Below, in pieces: positions 58,970 to 64,000 of a stretch of DNA of 64,000 nucleotides (position 1 is its first letter; the number at the start of each line of letters is the position of its first letter). Made by a program: the position numbers and the translations under genes. The stretch is from Magallana gigas. Taxonomy: Eukaryota. The notes below the pieces were generated by a model, which was given only the letters and a program-made list of their open reading frames with translations, was not told the origin of the DNA and searched no databases. Where the stretch lies: the NCBI RefSeq assembly GCF_963853765.1, contig NC_088853.1, positions 25,234,001-25,298,000 on the forward strand, given 5' to 3'.

Positions 58970-59291
58970 TAGGCGAATAAGTGAAGCGAATGTAGAAAAG
59001 AGTTTGCATTAGGTAGTGGTATCGGATATATGAAACCAGAATAGCGTGCGCTAGTTTATAAGTAGGGTTCGACTTAAACATGCATACAATATATGTTTCA
59101 AAATCATTCACCTTAGAAACACATAACAACAATTTTCGGAATATTTTCTAGCCAAATTTTAATTTCAGGTTGATGGTTTTGAAAGAGCAAATAAAAACAA
59201 TCGAAGCAAAAACGATAACCATTCAATTTGTTGGCTAGTATACTTATTTTAAGTACATTTATATTTCATTTAAGATTGTTTTCCCCTCTAG

Positions 59292-59409
59292 TTTCAAAAG
59301 TCGTAGGAGATAAAAAAGACTGGAAGTCTGAGTTTTATGGAATTGTTGGAGCTGTTTGTATATCGTTGATTCTTAATGGAGTACTAATTGCATACATTAT
59401 TGTGAAATG
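59292..59409 (+). CDS. Receptor gene 2, transmembrane exon
   Basis: 118 bp, phase 1-2; ...EFYGIVGAVCISLILNGVLIAYIIVKW; |gtaagt donor. Confidence 0.92.
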
Positions 59410-59501
59410 GTAAGTAGTATAATAATGGATTATTAACCAATGCCTTTTTAAATGAACGAATCAATTGTTTTTCTTGTAAGTTTTTCTTCATTATTTATCA
59501 G

Positions 59502-59631
59502 GATTAAGCTATCGCGACCAAGATTGTTAACGAACCAAGTACAGAAACCCAGGAATAGCGAGCACACAAACGACACATTCTATGAGGATCTTTGCGAAAC
59601 CAACAAAGCTCAACTATATGAGACATATTAA
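59502..59631 (+). CDS. Receptor gene 2, cytoplasmic-tail exon
   Basis: tatcag|G acceptor, phase 2; (W)IKLSRPR...DTFYEDLCETNKAQLYETY*. Confidence 0.85.
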
Positions 59632-62264
59632 GAAAAAAAAAATGTATACTGTTCACGAAAACACCATAGTTTAAAATCTATATGAACGACAAAACATTTT
59701 TTTTTGTTCTTCGTTTGCACTGAATGTTAAGAATATTAATTTGGGTCTCTGTCATTCTGTGTGTGACACCACCTTTATTTGGATAATTTCAAACTTCTTT
59801 AAGTTTACCATATACCATTATGGAGGCTTCTAACGATTTTAAAGTCAAACGTTAAGGTTATAAATTATCTACATTCTGTCTGTCCCGGACACTGGTTTAT
59901 GGGCAATATCTTATACATCATCTAAGATGTTGCAATGAAATTTGATATCAGGACTCTTTAATTGTCTAAAGTGGATCCATTTAAGTTTTGAGATCAAAAG
60001 GTTCAATGAAATTTAAAAACGTGTAAAGGTGCATTTCATCTAAAGATAGAAAGAACTCATTACCGAGAAGAATCGGTTAAGGACACATCATGAAACGCAT
60101 GTGACATAGAGGAAATTGTAACTGAAAAAGCTATTGTATTACTTTGTCAATTTTTTAGTAAGCAAAAATGTCATTAATTTAAAAGAAATTGAAATACATG
60201 TAAGTTCACCTTAAGTCAAAATATTACCAATTCATATAGAACTATATCTATTAATGTAATACGTAACTATATAGGCAACATTTTAATTTTATTTGAATTA
60301 TACAATTTAATACAAGAATATTCTAACAACGCCATCTAACTCCTTAAAAATGTAGAACGTAAGGTCCGATAGGCTGTGTATTGATGTTATATAAATTTAT
60401 TTAAAAGCAATTGTGTAATAATCATGTTATACTTTTATCACTTTTAAAAATTACTTACTTATTCTTACTTATTTTAATGAATAAATACATTAATATATAT
60501 GATTGTGTCCTAATTTATTTCACTTATTTATCTGATTAAATCTCATAGCTGTTTTAAACATAACCATTGACCTAGAATTATTAATAATTTAGATTCGATG
60601 GTTATCCAAACTGAAGATTAGTTAAAACAAACGCACCGGAAATCAAACTGTCTCTCAAATTGAATGTATCATAGTCAAGAAACCATTTTATACGCATTAC
60701 ATATTAATAATTGTACGTTATAATTGACATTAAACAACGATAAAGTTTCATACAGCTCTACATATCAAAGGAGTAATTTTTTGTATGAGTATGGCTGTTG
60801 TGTGAAGAAAAAAAGTAGTCATTTAAAACATCTTTTATCAGGTTTTACAGTGGTGAAGATGGTTTTTTGTTGGTGGTTCTATTTGTTGCTATAGAGCTAG
60901 GGCCACGAAATATCAGAATGTGCCATTTAATATTCACTAAATTTAAATCTGAAATAAAAAAAATCGCAGTGTCTTAATATAATGTAGGGCACCTTATTCT
61001 GCTTTGACAAATATGTATTTTGTTCAAGCACATGCGCAACATCAAACATACTATTGCTATTAAAATACTGTCCGCGTGGTATTTATTTACGTTATGAACG
61101 CGGGCACAAATTTTCCGCGGAATTTTTTCCTAGTGAGCTTAAACTGCATTTTTGAATGCAATTTTGAAATTGCATTACATGAATAAGGATAATCGGAAGT
61201 TACTACATTATATAACACTTGCATATACGTGTACCCAATGTATATCATGTTTATCTATGCTAACTGTCAAACAAATTTGTATTGAGAATTCACATAATAA
61301 ATAATTTAATCTCCTAAGGATTTGAATTTTCTGTAAATTTACTTGCATGAAATTTAAACTTCTTCCAGCTTGAGATAACGGCACGTGTCAGACGACAAGT
61401 AGCCCCAAGCGGGTCTGTCATTCAATGACCCAATTAACTACCCGCTAAGACCCATGTTTTTACTGCAATTTTTAGATCCCTTTGTGCTCCGACTTTTAAT
61501 TGATAAAACTGATCAACTCATTATTTAAACGATGTGGTGTTTCACAAGACGATTTTAGCCAGCGTCGTAAAATCTTGACGGCTAACTAATGACTACCGAC
61601 CCGTGCACAACCGATAATTACTGTTCACTGTGAACAGTTCTTACAATTTAAGTCCAAAGTTGGACAAATTCTAGGTAATGAAAATCGCTCAGAACTAAAT
61701 TTAATAATAATTTTTTAAATGATTTTTTTTTCATTCAAGGAATCCGCGTAAATTTTTACCCGCGGATTAAATTGATTTTGTGATTCCGCGGAATTATGAC
61801 CCCGTCGAAAAAAATACGTCTACAGTAGCTGAAAATTGTAAATTTTACTGTTGTTATTCCAAAAATAATTTTGGCACACTTAAGTGCATTTTTAGATCTT
61901 TGAAACAGAGATATATTGTAATCATGCACATCTCGTGTGGCCGATACGAATTTTACAAATTTGTAAAATTTTAAACAGAAAAAAAACAAGAACACTCTAT
62001 CTTAGGGTAATTACTTGCTCAATTTCTATTGAAATAACAAAAATTATTCGATATTGATAAAAAATTGTTTGTGATAATTTACAAAATCATAATTTTATTG
62101 AATATTTTTTCTATAAATGCATATTAAAATGATATTTAACATGATTTATGTAATAACTTTTTACTGTGCATTCATTACTCATGTGCTACTTTTTGGGCTT
62201 TAAATAATCAAATGTTAGATGTTCATGTTTTGTTTGCTTCTAAATAGTGAACCTTCAGTCGTTC

Positions 62265-62268
<4 letters not shown>

Positions 62269-62308
<40 letters not shown>
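62269..62308. repeat. (TC)n microsatellite
   Basis: Perfect TC run. Confidence 0.95.
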
Positions 62309-62311
<3 letters not shown>

Positions 62312-63308
62312 AAAAATATTTCTTAATTCTCAGACATTTCCGGATGGTTTTACACTTTCAACAATTCTCTAACAAAATATGCATATCACTAGAAAAAAAA
62401 ATGAATAGAAGTTATAGTAGCTTGCAACCTCAGCATTACGTCATACAGTTTCAGATTGCAGGGTAAAACTTAATATTACCGCTGTAATATTGACTTTAAT
62501 CACTGATCTCTTTATTCAAATACTTCATTGTTTATCAGCTGTTCATGGTTATTTTATAAATTACGTTATTTTCATGCATTGATTATGTCGTCAAGATATT
62601 TATTTAAATAATTGAATTCAAATGATGCGTAGTTTTATCATTCATCAGGCTATTTTACAAAACATACGTCTGTGTGACATTTTTTCCCCTCCAAATACCG
62701 CCATACTGTAAACTCCATTTATTAACAAAAAACGATTGAAATCGAAAAAAATAGCTTTAAAAAGTGCAAAAAATACATTTTTTTAAACCAGATATGATTT
62801 TTCAGGATAAGACAAATTTTGATAATTCGTGGCTATAGCTTTTTCTTTTTTTAATTTGTTTGTCAAGTTTCAGACAAAATATGTGTGTTAATTCATGTTT
62901 AGAAGATCTCTAATCGAAATGTCAGTGTAATGACTATATCATCAACGCTTATCTTTATTTAATTATAACTTTGTCCATGACATTTCTTTTGGCAACCTGA
63001 ATAGTAGACTGTAATTTCGTTATATTGCAGTTTCCAAGGCGGGTCTATTGTTCACGCGCTGCTTTAAAATTATTTTTTTTTTCATTTTAAACATTATAAT
63101 CAAATGTCAACCTTTTGTATCAAGCAGGAGTCTAGGAAGTGAAATCGTCCTCAAAGCAATCACACGCGTGCTTCTAAACTTCAGAGGCGGCGAAAATAGT
63201 CATTATTTGGTTCCATCTTATATTACACTATGTAGCATAAAAGAAAAAAAAATCTTTCAAAAATTAAGATTTGCTGAAAAGATATTTTATTCTTAAGAAA
63301 ACTAATTT

Positions 63309-63430
63309 AAACAAGCATTCTAAGAGCATTGCATAAGCAATACACGTCCCCTACCAGTTTGTAGAAATTTGTGAAAACAATGACCTATTTTTTAACAGAC
63401 CAATGTTTTTACTTCTAGGATTAGCGTCTG
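63309..63430 (+). mobile_element. 5' fragment of a family C Helentron-type element
   Basis: aacaagcattct.agag.attgcataagcaatacacgtccc matches 18501-18541. Confidence 0.7.
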
Positions 63431-63773
63431 ACTCAGTTCTTTCATATCGCCTATTCATACTCATGATGATAATACTGTGATATTATTTTGATTAAAAAGA
63501 GCATTACAAAGACTATTTGTTTATTTAGAAGTTGATTATTTTTCTACTCTTTTGGGAATCTGATATGCTTTAACCTTTTTACATTGTACCTATCTGTCCT
63601 CATCTTATCTACAATGCCACAATAAAGGGTTAATTCTGTAATGGTATTGATGCATCTAGTGATATTGCTTTTTCACACACCGTTTTTCTGATTATAAGGT
63701 AAAAAAATAATATAAAAAAAAACCATTTATCAACTCAGTAAAATGAATTCTAACTAAAAAGTCTGAAAAGATA

Positions 63774-64000
63774 AACAAGAGGCCCATGTTGCCATATCGC
63801 TTACCTGAGCAACAAAGACTTTAAACGGGCGTTAAAAAGAAATTGTGCCATATGGCCCCTCGGTAGAATAACAAAAAATGAATATTTTAACAATCAAATT
63901 TTACACTTTTTTGCACACACGTAATCTCTGACATTTGTACCTTTACATTTTCTTTCTCAACTTCTTAGGAATTGTATTTTGTAAAAAGATATATTTTAAT
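63774..64000 (+). mobile_element. 5' end of a family A-related Helentron-type element running out of the window
   Basis: acaagaggcccatg...atcgcttacctgagcaacaa matches 25646-25690. Confidence 0.7.

Noticed and set aside
1-64000. Prokaryotic or viral origin suggested by the integrase and ATPase motifs
   Set aside because: Spliceosomal introns, microsatellites, low coding density and bivalve-type repeats indicate an animal nuclear genome.

Overview
AT-rich eukaryotic genomic DNA with spliceosomal introns and two assembly gaps (42847-42981, 56039-56166). It is most likely from an oyster (Crassostrea/Magallana type): the ~165-bp repeat carried in Helentron-type elements matches, from memory, the Cg170/HindIII satellite. 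Main content: (1) a decayed DIRS-group (Ngaro-like) tyrosine-recombinase retrotransposon with gag, RT/RNase H, YR and an extra SGNH-hydrolase ORF (1-4510); (2) two divergently oriented single-pass receptor genes of the oyster MEGF10/CED-1-like type (F-type-lectin-like domain, EGF repeats, TM, tail with an ITAM-like YxxL-x8-Yxx(L/Y) motif), on the minus strand at 11774-17099 and the plus strand at 53652-59631; (3) two Tc1 (DD34E) transposons; (4) many nested non-autonomous Helentron-type elements, MITEs, a Kolobok-like TTAA element containing a tRNA-like segment, a Crypton-like fragment and long palindromes; (5) hidden decayed genes mostly absent from the ORF track: an intron-containing P-loop ATPase relic (DUF3987-like, 31.6-34.0 kb), a divergent KDZ-transposase-like exon (35.7-36.1 kb), and two paralogous two-exon small hydrophobic-leader genes (42.1-42.6 and 49.1-49.6 kb). 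All family assignments come from manual translation and motif recognition; no database searches were run.
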